Positions 20,501 to 31,977 of a stretch of DNA of 50,015 bases are shown here, piece after piece. Position 1 is the stretch's first letter. Every line of letters begins with the position of its first letter. A program made the translations under genes and the position numbers. The notes under the pieces are model-generated. The model was not told the origin of the DNA, did not search any database, and saw only the letters and a list, made by a program, of their open reading frames with translations. The stretch is from a virus (Duplodnaviria > Caudoviricetes). The DNA is taken from IMG/VR virus record IMGVR_UViG_3300028595_000002, positions 1 through 50,015 of that record; one strand, given 5' to 3'.

Positions 20501-21542
20501 TTTACTAGAGAACTTACAGCAAACTAGCAGTATCTGAAAAGATATAAACTCATGAAAAAACCTAGAGGTTAATAACCTCAAAAGTATTATTAAAGATCCA
20601 TTAGAGCAAATCTTAAATAATACTCACAAGGAAGATATCTATTTTCTAGCGTGAGTCAAGCCTAATTTAAACAAAAGAGCTTGTGATAATGATATTTTAT
20701 TTAAAAACTATTTTTTAATAGATATCGATATTAGAAATAATATGCAAAGTTTAGGCTTAGAATGTACAAATAATGAGATTATAGAAGAAGGGAAGGATAT
20801 TTGAAAATATTTACAAAAACTCGAACAATTCAAAGATCGGCAAGCAATAGTGTTTTCTTGAAATGGTTTACATATCTATTATGTATGAAAACCACAACGG
20901 TTAGATATAGAGATAAGATCAGTTGAATATAAGCTAGGAGTACAGCAAATATACGAAGAGATAGAAAGCTATCTTTGAAACAACCCAGCTTATAAGATAG
21001 ATTATGCTTGCTCTAATGTATGAAGAATCGCCAGACTACCTTATACTGTAAATAGTAAGAATTTAGCAGTAACTAAAATTATAGAATTTAGAGAAAATAA
21101 GAAGTCTACACTATTAGAAAAACTAGTAGCAAAATCAGAGGTTCAATTATTTCGTCAGTTCAATAAAGATGTAAATAGGAGAAAAGAGGCATGGTTAGAA
21201 TATATAGGTAAGAATAAGAAGCTAGATATTACTAATAGAGATAAAGATAATTTTAAATATATAAATGAAAATATAGAAGCTTGGAGAGTAGCAGAAAAAA
21301 TACTCCCAAATTTTAAGTTTGACTGAAAAAAGAACTTCTTAAATGAGAAGCGTTGATATACTTGATACTTTTACTCTGAAAACCTTAATGCTATTATAAA
21401 TTGATGATCTAGGCATTTTGCTTGGTGATCTGATAGTAGTTGATGGAGTCCAACAAATATAATAAGAAATCAATTTGACTATTCTTGGTGAGAGGTATTG
21501 AATTGGTTTGATAAGGAATTCAAAAATTTAAAACTAAAATAA
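20469..21542 (+). CDS. Archaeo-eukaryotic primase (AEP) family primase-polymerase (357 aa)
   Basis: IDIDIR (DxD), VFSGNGLHIYY, IDYACSNVGRIARLPYTVN. Confidence 0.8.
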
Positions 21543-21546
21543 AAAC

Positions 21547-22551
21547 ATGGAAAATATAAATCAAGACTTAAATAACCTATCTAAAAATGTAGATAGGAAT
21601 ATAGAGAATAAAAACTTTATGAGTTTAATGGATCTATTCGAGAAAACTAAACTTGAAAGAAGGTCTAGGAACATAAATAATATCATAAGGTATTGAATAG
21701 GTTTGTTAGATGATTATTTATGATGAATATTAGAAAATGAATTAGTAGTAGTAGGAGCTTGAACAGGAATTTGAAAAACAGAGATAGCAAATTCTATTGC
21801 TATCCATAACGCTAAAAGAGGGTTTAAAGTAAACCTATTGGCTCTTGAATGAGACCCTTGAGAAATCTATTATAGATATATTCAATGAGAGATAAATAAG
21901 AAGTTGGCTTGAATGAAGTATATCAAGCCACAAGAATTTAGATTAAATCTAGTGGATATAGAGGCAATAGAAGATGAAGTGGTAGCAAATACTCCACAAT
22001 CCTTAAGAGATAACTTAAAGATATATTGAAAAAAAGAAATACCTAATCAATCAAGGTTAGAAGATATTTTTACTGAATCCGTAGAAGATTGTGATTTAAT
22101 AGTTTTAGATCATCTGCATTACCTAGATTATAATTGAGAATCAGAGGCTAGAGGTATTACAGGAATTATGAAGATGGTTAAGATGGCAACAGAAATTTTA
22201 AGAGTACCAGTGGTGTTAATATCACATCTATCAAGGAACTTATCATGAAGACCTAAGATATCAGACCTTCATTGAAGCTCAAATATAGAAAAAAACGCTA
22301 ATACTGTAATTTTACTTAACCCTTGTGATTCATCTGAACTAGTCAATAATTTAGAAGATTGAAAATATTATCGATGAACTGAAATAATAGTTGCTAAGAA
22401 CAGAACAGGTGTGCCAGTACCCGCAGTTTTTGAGACTCATTTTAACTTAAAAACTAAGGAATATATGAATTGAGAAGACTTTAATTTACTATCCCCAGAT
22501 GAGACTAACAGGGTTTCTATAGATGATAAAATAGACTCTATAGTATTTTAG
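21547..22551 (+). CDS. dnaB: DnaB-like replicative helicase (334 aa)
   Basis: Walker A VVVGAGTGIGKT, IVLDHLHYL, ISHLSR, DLHGSSNIEKNA, IIVAKNRTG. Confidence 0.88.
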
Positions 22552-22682
22552 GAATAAACAAGGTATTAGTCACTTTAGTATTTTTTTAATGTTTTTTCAT
22601 TAAAAAATTTGCTCTAATTATAAAAGTATGAGATAATATACTTACTCAATTAGAGTTTTTTTATTATTTTAACTAAGTAAGT

Positions 22683-22895
22683 ATGAAAAAAGATTTTGTG
22701 TTTTATAGGAAATATTTCAATCTTTTCTATCAAACAAAAAAAGAGGTTAAGGATTTGAAAAAGGAACTAGAGAAGACTAAAGCAAAATTAGAAGAGGCTA
22801 GAAAAAGCTATAGAGAGGCTTTGGCAAGCAATAAGGAATTTGCCGAAAGTATTATAAATATTTTAAATTCTAACAAAGAAAAAATATGAGTTTAA
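22683..22895 (+). CDS. Coiled-coil hypothetical protein (70 aa)
   Basis: Track ORF extended through TGA to TAA. Confidence 0.6.
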
Positions 22896-23122
22896 ATATA
22901 GGTTTTTATGGTAAGTATTTACAACAAACTTACCCATGAAGTAGTGTAAGAATATATGCTAACCATCATGAACTACAGTTACGATTAAAGTGACCAGATC
23001 AAGGATGTTATCAAATAAGATGAACAGAGGAGGCAGTAAAAGATGAGGTTTATAGGTTATTGGTTAGGAATGGTAGAGATTTTAAAGAATTTTTACCTTA
23101 TTTAAAAGAACAAAATGATTAA
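22886..23122 (+). CDS. Hypothetical protein (78 aa), paralogue of the next gene
   Basis: LQQTYPGSSV...IRGTEEAVKDEVYRLL. Confidence 0.55.
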
Positions 23123-23348
23123 TTATAAAGATATATACTCTTTGTATATAGACCACAAAAAAGCAGATGATTTTTTTAGAACTATACAAGAAGCATATCC
23201 TTGAACTGATGTAATTTGAGATTGACCAGGAAGTTTAGCTATGAACTTAAAAATGTGAGATAAAAGATTTTTAATAACCTGAAATTACTGGAAGGTAAAG
23301 GATCAGGTTTTCCAGTTATTGAAAAACCAAAAACAATTTAAAAATTAA
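23115..23348 (+). CDS. Hypothetical protein (77 aa), paralogue of the previous gene
   Basis: IQEAYPGTDV...ITGNYWKVKDQVFQLL. Confidence 0.55.
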
Positions 23349-23364
23349 ATCTTTAAAGAAAACA

Positions 23365-23781
23365 ATGAAATTACCTATAGAGATACAAATAAGTAAGAAA
23401 AAAAGAATAAATCTATCCTTAAATTGGTATAGAAATGCTTACTTTAGGATTCTTAATCAAGTTAAGAAAAACTATTGTAATTTATTAGAGGAGCAAATAT
23501 CAAAAGATGAACTAGTAAGGATAGATTGACCAGTAGAAGTAACCTATAAGGTATTTTATAACAATAAAAGAAGAAGGGATATTATGAATACTATATCAGT
23601 TATTGATAAATTCTTTTTAGATTGGTTGGTAGATAAAGAGATAATAGAAGAGGATAACTGGCAAATAGTTAAAAAGGTTTCTATTGAATTTTGATGAATT
23701 CTAGATAGAGAGCAAAAACCTTATGTAGAAGCTAATATAACTAAATATGATAATGAGGATCAGGATAATTGAGAGGCTTAG
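23365..23781 (+). CDS. rusA: RusA-like Holliday junction resolvase (138 aa)
   Basis: SLNWYRNA, RRRDIMN, DKFFLDWL, IIEEDN. Confidence 0.75.
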
Positions 23782-23908
23782 TAAGATAGATGAATTACTA
23801 GGCAAAGACCTTAGTAAATATAAAAATGTTGGGATGATACGTATTTGACTCACTCACCTAAGGAAAAGGCTAATAACCTTATTGATTTTAATAAATAATA
23901 TTTAAAAA

Positions 23909-24460
23909 ATGGAAAAAACTAAATTTATAAATTTCTCATGAAAAACAGGTAAGTTTGACTTTTATAACTTCGATGAGAAAACAAACGAAGAATTTAACTT
24001 CGATAAAATACATATAACTTGACTAGGTTTTCAAATAAAGGGATTTACTAAACCCTTTGGCGGTACTAGTCCTAGTCGTTTCTGATGGAGTAATATCGTT
24101 AGTAGTTTCGCAGAAAAGTTTATAGTAAAAGATAAAGAATGAATAGAGTTGATGGTTTGTGAATGATCAGAAGCGAGTGAAAGAATAAAAGGTACAGGAT
24201 TCGAAATATTTCTTTGTATAGATGCTTTAGTAGATTGAGTTGAATGTTCTTTTAGGATCAAGGGAACAGGTGCTAGACAATTCTACAAAGACTTTAAATT
24301 AAACGACTGAATAGAAGAAGCAATTTGATATGAATGTGAAGTTAAAATTGAGGAGGTGAACTGACAATACCATTATTTTGTACCTAAGTTTATAAAGCTA
24401 GAAAAGAAGCCTATACCAGAAAAAGAACCAGAATTAGATATGGCGGATGTGCCTTTTTAA
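23909..24460 (+). CDS. SSB-like protein (183 aa)
   Basis: Acidic C-terminal tail ELDMADVPF; located in the replication module. Confidence 0.55.
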
Positions 24461-24475
24461 AAAATAAAAACTATT

Positions 24476-27400
24476 ATGGAAAATAAAATAAAATCTAAAA
24501 AACAGATACAAAACGAAAGAGACCTCTTAACAATTGGGGAGGTTTCGGAAACTACATGAGCTACCACTAAACAAATTATAAAGTGGTGTAGAGAAGGTAA
24601 AATTACTAAAAAGTTCGTTAGTCAGAAGGTTATGTTGTTACCCTCGGCGATACAAGAAGTTTGTCAACTAATAACAGAGGATTTAAATTGAATAGATAAT
24701 GAGACCAATTTTTCCTCCTATATGACATACGAAGAAACACAAAAGTTTCTAGATATATCTATTGATGAAGTTTTACTTCTAATAAATCATAAGTTTTTAA
24801 AATATCATGAAACATGATTAATATGAAAAGAGAGTGTATTAAGATTATCAGGCAAAATATATCGTAGAAGCCAATATTATGATTATTTTAATATCTCCGA
24901 AGCATCCAGACATCTTACATTAACAAAGCCAGAAATTAATGTATTATTAAAAGATAATATTATAAACAAAACAATTAAATGATATTTCTTACGAAAACAG
25001 GACGTAGTATATGAGGTATTAATATATCCAGAGGATATTGTGAAGCTAGAAACAGCAATTAAATATATAAAAAAAATTAAAGATTTTGATAAATTAACAC
25101 CTAAAGAACGATTAGATAGTATTAAAAGCTTTTACAAACAATCTTATAATAAATGAAAAGAATTACTAGAAGATTGAGAGGAGACAATAACCCAAGCGGA
25201 GGCAGCGGAACTTTGTCGAGTTTCAACGACTTTAATTTCGAGAGCGATTAAAGATAAAAAAATAAAAACAAAAAAGGTAGGTAAATGTGTAAAACCCTTA
25301 AGGAGTTCTGTTTTAGAATTTAAAAAAACTTTAAAATTTAAAAAAGATTACCCTGGTTATTTAACTCTAACAGAGGCTAGTAAAGAATTAGGTTTTAGTG
25401 ACAATTCTATAAATAGTCGAATAAAATCATGAGAAATAAAAGGAGCTATAAAAAATGCAATTCGTGATACTTGAGGTTCTTGTACCCTAATCCCCCTATC
25501 AGAAGTAGATAAACTTAAAAAGACCTTAAAATTTCAAAAAGATTACCCTGATTATTTAACTATAACAGAGGCTAGTAAAGAATTAGGTTGTAGTGACAGG
25601 GCTATAAAAACTAGAATAAAATCATGAGAAATAAAAGGAGCTATAAAAAATGTAATTTTTGATACTTGGGGTTCTTGTACCCTAATCCCAAAATCAGAAG
25701 TAGATAAGCTAAAAAAAACCTTAAAATTTCAAAAGGACTATACTAATTATTTAACTTTAAAAGAAGTTAGCAAAGAATTAGGTTGTAGTGGGTGAACTAT
25801 AAATAGGCGAATAAAATCATGAGAAATAAAAGGAGCTATAAAAAATGTAATTCGTGATACTTGAGGTTCTTGTGTTCTAATCCCCCTATCAGAAGTAGAT
25901 AAACTTAAAAAGACCTTAAAATTTCAAAAAGATTACCCTGATTATTTAACTCAAATAGAGGTTGGTGAAGAATTAGGTTGTAGTGGCTGGACTATTGGTA
26001 ATAGAATAAAATCATGAGAAATAAAAGGAGCTATAAAAAATGTAATTTTTGATACTTGAGGTTCTTGTACCCTAATCCCCAAATCAGAAGTAGAGAACCT
26101 TAAAAAACAATGGCAAAAAAATAAAACAGACCACACAAGAGACAATCAAGATAGTATTAAAAGCTTTTACAACCAATCTTATAATAAATGAAAGGGATTA
26201 CTAGAAGACACGGAAGTTACTTTGACACTGCAAGAAGCCGGGGATCTTTGTTGAGTTTCATGTACCTATATGTTTGAAGTAATTAAAAATAAAAAAATCA
26301 AAACAAAAAAGGTAGGTAGTTGTAGAAGACCCTTAAAAAGTTCTGTTTTAGAATTTAAAAAAACTTTAAAATTTCAAAAGGACTATACTAATTATTTAAC
26401 TTTAAAAGAAGTTAGTAAAGAATTAGGTTGTAGTATAGATGCTATTTCTGAGAGAATAAAATCATGAGAAATAAAAGGAGTTATAAAAAATGTCATTTCT
26501 AATAATTGAAAGTCTTGCACACTAATTCCCAAATCAGAAGTAGAAAAACTTAGAAAGACCGTAAAAACTCAAAAGGACTATACTAATTATTTAATTACAA
26601 AAGAAGTTAGTAAAGAAATAGGTTGTGGTACAACGTATATTTATAGTAGAATAAAATCATGAGAAATAAAAGGAGTTATACAAAATGTCATTTCTAATAA
26701 TTGAAAGTCTTGCACACTAATTCCCAAATCAGAAGTAGAAAAACTTAGAAAGACCGTAAAAATTCAAAAGGACTATACTAATTATTTAACTTTAAAAGAA
26801 GTTAGTAAAGAAATAGGTTGTGGTATAACGTATATTTATAGTAGAATAAAATCATGAGAAATAAAAGGAGTTATACAAAATGTCATTTCTAATTCTTGAG
26901 GTTCTTGTACCCTAATCCCCCCATTAGAAATAGAGAAGTTAAAAAAACAATGGCAAAAAAGCAAACAAAAACCTATAGAAGACAATCAAAACACTGTCAA
27001 ACCATTATTAATTGACAATGAGGAACCTAAAAAAGAAGAAGAAGAAATCAGAATACCGAAAGAAGCAACAGAAAACCAAAATAAAATACCAATTAACCAA
27101 GTAGATATGGATAAAGAAAGTAAAGAAGAACTAGAAAGTAATATAAAGTTTTTCTTCAAAGAGATCGAAGAGAAGTACCAAAATAACATATTTATACCTA
27201 ATAGTTTAGAATGAATATTTAATTTACGGAACAGTAGGCTTAAAGGTATGGGAGAGATAGACAATATAATAGACTTAGCAAATGAAAAACAAATAGAAGA
27301 AACTAGACAAGTTATTAGACCTTTTACAGACAAAGCTTTGTCTACTTGAATCACTAAATACCTTAAATGGATTAAAAATATAAAGAAGAAAGGTAGGAGT

Positions 27401-28072
27401 TTTTACATAAAGAGTCTTGTCGACTTTGTGACTTCTAGGAATGGACTGATAAAGTTTTTAAGGGGATCTGAAGGGATAGATAAGATATTTACTCCAGATT
27501 TCCAAGATAGAGAACCTTTGTATACATCAGAGCCTCAGATAGCAGGTAAGAAGATAGAGCAAATGCTTTGTGATGTCTTAGAGGGTAAACTAGATGTCGA
27601 CAACCCAAAAGACGAGTACGAGACATTAATAAAACAGGTTGTCAATAATAAACAGTTCGACAAATTGTTGACAAGAGGACTGTTTTGGAAAAGATATAAA
27701 AACATAGACAGACAAAAAGAGTATATCAATAAAGCAGGTAAGAAGTATGCGATTACTGATATAGAGCTAAAGGATACTGTAATAGATGTAAAAGCCACTA
27801 GGTCGTACACTATAGAAGAAGTAAAAGCTAAGTATTACGATCAGATGTTGAAATACTTTAATTGCTCTTGAGGTAAGAAGGTAGTGATCGTTTATATTAA
27901 TATGAGACATCCTTATTGAGTTGATATAATCGAATATGACTTTTGAATTAAGGAGCGTTTACAATATTTTTGGAACTACATTAAGTTTATTTTTTTAAGT
28001 TATTTTATTAAGAAGAACTGTAATAAGAATTGTAGGAATTGTAAAAATTACCATTGGTGTAACTCGAAATAG
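24476..28072 (+). CDS. Tandem-HTH array protein fused to a C-terminal PD-(D/E)XK (Cas4/RecB-like) nuclease (1198 aa)
   Basis: Single frame with TGA=Gly joining track ORFs 26270 and 27428; seven 65-aa repeats plus about five divergent HTHs; TDIELKDTVIDVK, YYDQMLKY, C-terminal CNKNCRNCKNYHWC. Confidence 0.85.
25322..26941 (+). repeat. Coding 195-bp tandem repeats (4 + 3 copies) within a ~1035-bp higher-order duplication
   Basis: tcatgagaaataaaagga at 25427, 25622, 25817, 26012, 26462, 26657, 26852; leader gatagtattaaaagcttttac at 25115 and 26150. Confidence 0.95.
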
Positions 28073-28074
28073 AC

Positions 28075-28178
28075 CACTCCCCTATCGAGTCCCCTGGATA
28101 GCAAAAACCTTATTTATCCACGGTTCACCACGGTTGACTTTACGAAAATAGTACTTTTTAGAACTTAGTAGGGGAGTG
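28075..28178 (+). ncRNA. Possible small structured RNA/element downstream of the HTH-nuclease
   Basis: 10-bp perfect closing stem CACTCCCCTA/TAGGGGAGTG with inner hairpin 28095-28120. Confidence 0.35.
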
Positions 28179-28201
28179 CTTTTAATAACTAATATAAAAT
28201 T

Positions 28202-28792
28202 ATGAATGATGAAATTAAGATACCAATAAAACTAGTCAAGCGAGACAAAAATTGACAATTTAAAGACTCTAGGGTTGTCAATGTTGACAAGCGTTGGCTT
28301 GATAGAGAAGCCCAAATACAAGGTTTTGTCGAGGAACTAAAAGATATCCAAGATTTGAGCAAATGTGGTTTGGATCTGTCCCCAACAGAGGAAAGCCATG
28401 AAGATATTCAAGATCAAGAGGAATCTCTTGATAATACCGAACAAACTAATTCTTTTTTTGATACCCATAAGAAGAGATTAGAAATTATTAGTTGAATAGG
28501 AGTATTCGCAGTACTTCTATTGTTACTAATAATACAGAAACCAAGTGAAAGCTCCAAAAGTTCTGCTATGGACTTAGAAGAATGATCTTGAGCAGGTATA
28601 AAATTTGACATTTTAAAGCAGGAATTAAACACGCTTGATGATGAGATAATTAAGGAAATAGAACTACAGAAAAAAATTAGAGAGAAGAAAAAGGAATTAA
28701 ACTTAATCATAGATGATAGCAAGAGAAGAGTCAACGATATTCAAACCAAAAAAAGAGGGGTTGAATCTAAAATTATTCTTTTATGAAATTAA
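28202..28792 (+). CDS. Membrane-anchored coiled-coil protein (196 aa)
   Basis: Single TM ISGIGVFAVLLLLLII followed by an E/K heptad region. Confidence 0.65.
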
Positions 28793-28793
28793 T

Positions 28794-29324
28794 ATGAAAA
28801 CAATTTTGATGTTGATTTGAATACTGATAGCTGTATTGATAATATCATTATTCCCTTTACAGGATAGCCAATGATCTTATAGAGAGCCTCATGATATACA
28901 AAGGGCTTTTATAATAAGAGAGACACAAGATCGGTTGGAAGTGTCTAATATGCTTACTATTTTGAATATGGAATGTGGACGTGAAGATTGATTTTGTATG
29001 TCTAAAACTAAAGATTGTTGACCTTTCCAAATTAATGTTGTCCATAAAGACTTATATAAAAGATGTCTAGTTAAAATAAAGAAATGAAAGAAAATAGAGC
29101 TTTTTAAGGAGCAATTAAAATTTGCCCTAAATTGGTATAGAAACTTAAAAAAGAAATACCCTAAAAAAAACACGAAAGAATTAGCTAAATTATTTTTTAA
29201 TAGATATAACGGTAGCTCTCGCTATGCAAAAAAAGCAATAAAGCTAAGAGAGATACACAAAAAGAACTTTAAATATCTTTATTACAATAACCAAAAACAA
29301 AAATGAATGATTTCGAAATGATAA
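28794..29324 (+). CDS. Signal-anchored lytic transglycosylase (SLT-like, 176 aa)
   Basis: N-terminal hydrophobic segment; TILNMEC (putative catalytic Glu), DCGPFQIN, RYNGSSRYAKK. Confidence 0.65.
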
Positions 29325-29509
29325 CCTTGCTTTTCTCTTCCCTAGCATCGTTATTTGTCTATGAATGTAAAATAGATAAATCAATAACTTCTATAATTTT
29401 TATTTGAATTCTAATAATACTTTATGGTAATATGTCTATATTACCATTTAGCTTAGTAGGTTTGATATTTTTTTATACTTTAATAATTATGAAATGAATT
29501 GAGTTTTAG
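29303..29509 (+). CDS. Small membrane protein (68 aa)
   Basis: Hydrophobic ORF open with TGA=Gly. Confidence 0.5.
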
Positions 29510-29769
29510 AGTTTACCGATTCTATTATAGAACCTTATGAGGATTATATCGCCTTTGTAAATATAGGAGAAGTAACTTTACAGTTGCCAGAAGAAAATGA
29601 ATGAGATTTTGTAACCTTAGAAACATTGTTTAAAAAAACAAAGAAAAACGTATTAAATGCTATGGCAGGTGATAAAAAAAAATTTAGAAGAGCTTTGTCT
29701 GATAATTTAGATATTAGCTCTGTCTTAGTTGATTGAAATTTATTTATTAACAAAAAAGCATGATATTAA
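29494..29769 (+). CDS. Hypothetical protein (91 aa)
   Basis: Open with TGA=Gly; overlaps both neighbours. Confidence 0.55.
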
Positions 29770-30332
29770 GTGATAGAACCATAAAAAGCCTGATAATCAA
29801 TAAAGAAATTTGATTATCTTCCCCAAAATTTGATATAGATTTTAAAACACAAATCTGACCGTGTAGCTTAGATTTAAGACTAATGGATATTATAAAAATA
29901 TACAAGGTAGATAACTATGTAATAGATACTAGAGAAAAGGGAGACTATACGACGAAAACTGCCTATATAGAAAATAAGGGATTTATATTAAAGCCTTGAA
30001 GGTTTATATTGGCTTCTACAATAGAAAAAATACGAATACCTGACTTTTTATGTGCTAAGTGTGAGGGAAGATCTTCTTTATGAAGACTAGGGGTTCAAAT
30101 TCATGCAACTGCTTGATTTATAGATGCTTGATTTAAATGAAATATTACTTTAGAGATTAGCAATATTTGATGTAGACCAGTTAAGATATTTGCTTGAATG
30201 AGAATTTGCCAAATAGTATTTTCTTTATTAGATAAGCCATCAGAAGTTCCTTATGGGGATAGGGAGGGAAGTAAATACCAAAACCAAACTTTACCAACTG
30301 CTTCAAAGCTATATTTAGACAAAGATTTATAG
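29760..30332 (+). CDS. dcd: dCTP deaminase (190 aa)
   Basis: MILSD, GPCSLDLRL, CEGRSSLGRLG, AGFIDAGFKGNITLEI, GMRICQI, SKYQNQ. Confidence 0.93.
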
Positions 30333-30407
30333 AAAGTCTTGTAGATAAAAAAAATATATGTTATAATTTAAATACCTTTCGAGGTATTTATTTTTTAACT
30401 TATTAAC

Positions 30408-30629
30408 ATGGAACAGGTTGACTCAATTACAAATCTCATAAGAGTTTTAAGAAGAACAGATTACGAGCAAGAGCTAAAAAAGGAAGTTATAAGTTTGGCG
30501 TGTAAACTTCCATCACATATTAGAAAAACATACATTAATAACGTCATAGGGACTATAGAATTCCAAAATAGGATATATCAATCCCTAGAAAACTTACTAG
30601 GTCTAAAACAGCCTAAAAATATACTTTAA
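30408..30629 (+). CDS. Hypothetical protein (73 aa)
   Basis: Track ORF preceded by a TGTTATAAT promoter-like element. Confidence 0.55.
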   Translation: MEQVDSITNLIRVLRRTDYEQELKKEVISLACKLPSHIRKTYINNVIGTIEFQNRIYQSLENLLGLKQPKNIL

Positions 30630-30638
30630 AACCAAATT

Positions 30639-31448
30639 ATGAACACAAATACAAATAAATACCCTATAGAACATTTAAGCCCTAGTTCTTTTAGATTGTT
30701 TTTAAATAATAGATTCGAGTTCTATAAAGCTTATATAAAAGGCGTGAAAAACTTTAAAACCTCTGAAGCTATGTTTACTTGAACTGTTTATCATAGTATA
30801 TTAGAGATGTTTTATAACCAAGAAAAAAGGGATAGTGCTTTTTTTGATATGGAAGAAGAACAAATTTTGTCTATAGCAAACGCAATAGAAGAAGAAAGAG
30901 AAAACAATATAGATAAAAAAGATGAAAAACGGATAGATAGGGTTGTTGCTAGTGTAAAAAAACTATTAACTTTTTATCAATCAGAGCTTCCAGACTATAA
31001 AGAGATATTAGGTATAGAATTGCTATTAAAAAATACCCCCAAGGGTATAACTATACCTTTTAAGGGTTTCGTGGATCTAGTAGTTAAGGAATGAGATGAA
31101 ATAATTTTAGTAGATCATAAAACAGTATCTAGATTTTCAAATAAAATCTCACCTTGATATATGATACAGGCTAATATGTACTATTTACTATACGTAACAG
31201 AATACAAACAAGCACCTAAATATATGTATTTCGATGAAATAAAGAAGTCTAAAAACAGAGACGGATCTCCTCAATTGAGAACTGTAAAATATAAATATAA
31301 TCAAAAAGATATGGTCTGATTTGCTAGGTTATTAGTATGAACCCTAAGGCAATTAGAGGTCTTTGGAGATAATCAAGATTTTTATTTACCTAACCCTTTT
31401 GATATGTTAAATGGAGAGCAATCGTTTCTTGAATATATAGAAATATAA
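30639..31448 (+). CDS. PD-(D/E)XK RecB-like exonuclease (269 aa)
   Basis: HLSPSS, GTVYHSILE, KGFVDLV, LVDHKT, IQANMY. Confidence 0.85.
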
Positions 31449-31482
31449 AAAAAGGAGACTATTCCAAGTCTTCCTTTTTTAT
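31449..31482. terminator. Bidirectional intrinsic terminator at the convergence of the two halves
   Basis: aaaaaggagact-attcca-agtcttcctttttt hairpin with A- and T-tracts. Confidence 0.65.
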
Positions 31483-31611
31483 TTTGTAATTCTTTCTAGA
31501 ATAGAATTCAGATTTTTTTCATTCGTTATAATAATCAACTGGTCTATAATATCACATTACCCTAGAGTAAACCTCGCATCTTTGCCTTTTAGGTGCTTCT
31601 TTACTATTCAT
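31459..31611 (-). CDS. Stand-alone NrdD-type glycyl-radical domain (50 aa)
   Basis: RCEVYSRVMGYYRPVDYYNEGKKSEFYSR; the radical Gly is a TGA codon (31552-31554). Confidence 0.8.
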
Positions 31612-31909
31612 CCTTGTTTAGATAAGTAAATAAAATAATAGAATAACAAGCTAGGTCTTTTAATGTATCCCCTACCTTTTCATTTTTTATTTCAGGATTT
31701 TTATTAATAAGATTACTGATCCTAGAAACCTTATCTAATAACCTTACCAAGATTCATTTCTCAGTTTTACAGATCCCTAGTTTTTCAGATAATTTAAAGT
31801 TACCAAAGACATCTTTACTTCAAGAATAGTCATGAGACTTTCAAGAAACTGTTTTATACATATCCTCTAAGGCTTTTCTAAACTCAATTAGAAATTTCTT
31901 TTTTTCCAT
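31604..31909 (-). CDS. DUF1599 / nucleotide-modification-associated domain protein (101 aa)
   Basis: KSHDYSG..DVFGNF, GILVRLLDKVSRI, EKVGDTLKDLACYSII. Confidence 0.75.
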
Positions 31910-31911
31910 AA

Positions 31912-31973
31912 AAAAATATAGGTTATTTTATAAAAGACTTATAAAGTATAACCTATATTTTTTACAAAAGCAA
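31912..31973 (-). terminator. Terminator hairpin overlapped by an internal promoter
   Basis: aaaaatataggttat...ataacctatattttt inverted repeat; TTGCTT-17 bp-TATACT on the minus strand; similar layouts at 33447-33492 and 45432-45478. Confidence 0.5.
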
Positions 31974-31977
31974 ATAT

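Noticed and set aside
25667-25669. TGA=Trp (code 4), suggested by one TGG aligning with TGA in the HTH repeats
   Set aside because: Outweighed by Walker A, dcd, AEP and glycyl-radical motifs, poly-Gly runs and GGA/GGG-TGA pairs in paralogues; best read as a point substitution
25322-26941. CRISPR array
   Set aside because: Repeats are 195-bp in-frame coding units without unique spacers; the same applies to the 66-bp repeats at about 16050-16540; no cas1/cas2
14752-31448. Integrase or CI-type repressor module
   Set aside because: No tyrosine/serine recombinase or S24 peptidase motifs found in hand translation; a very divergent one cannot be excluded
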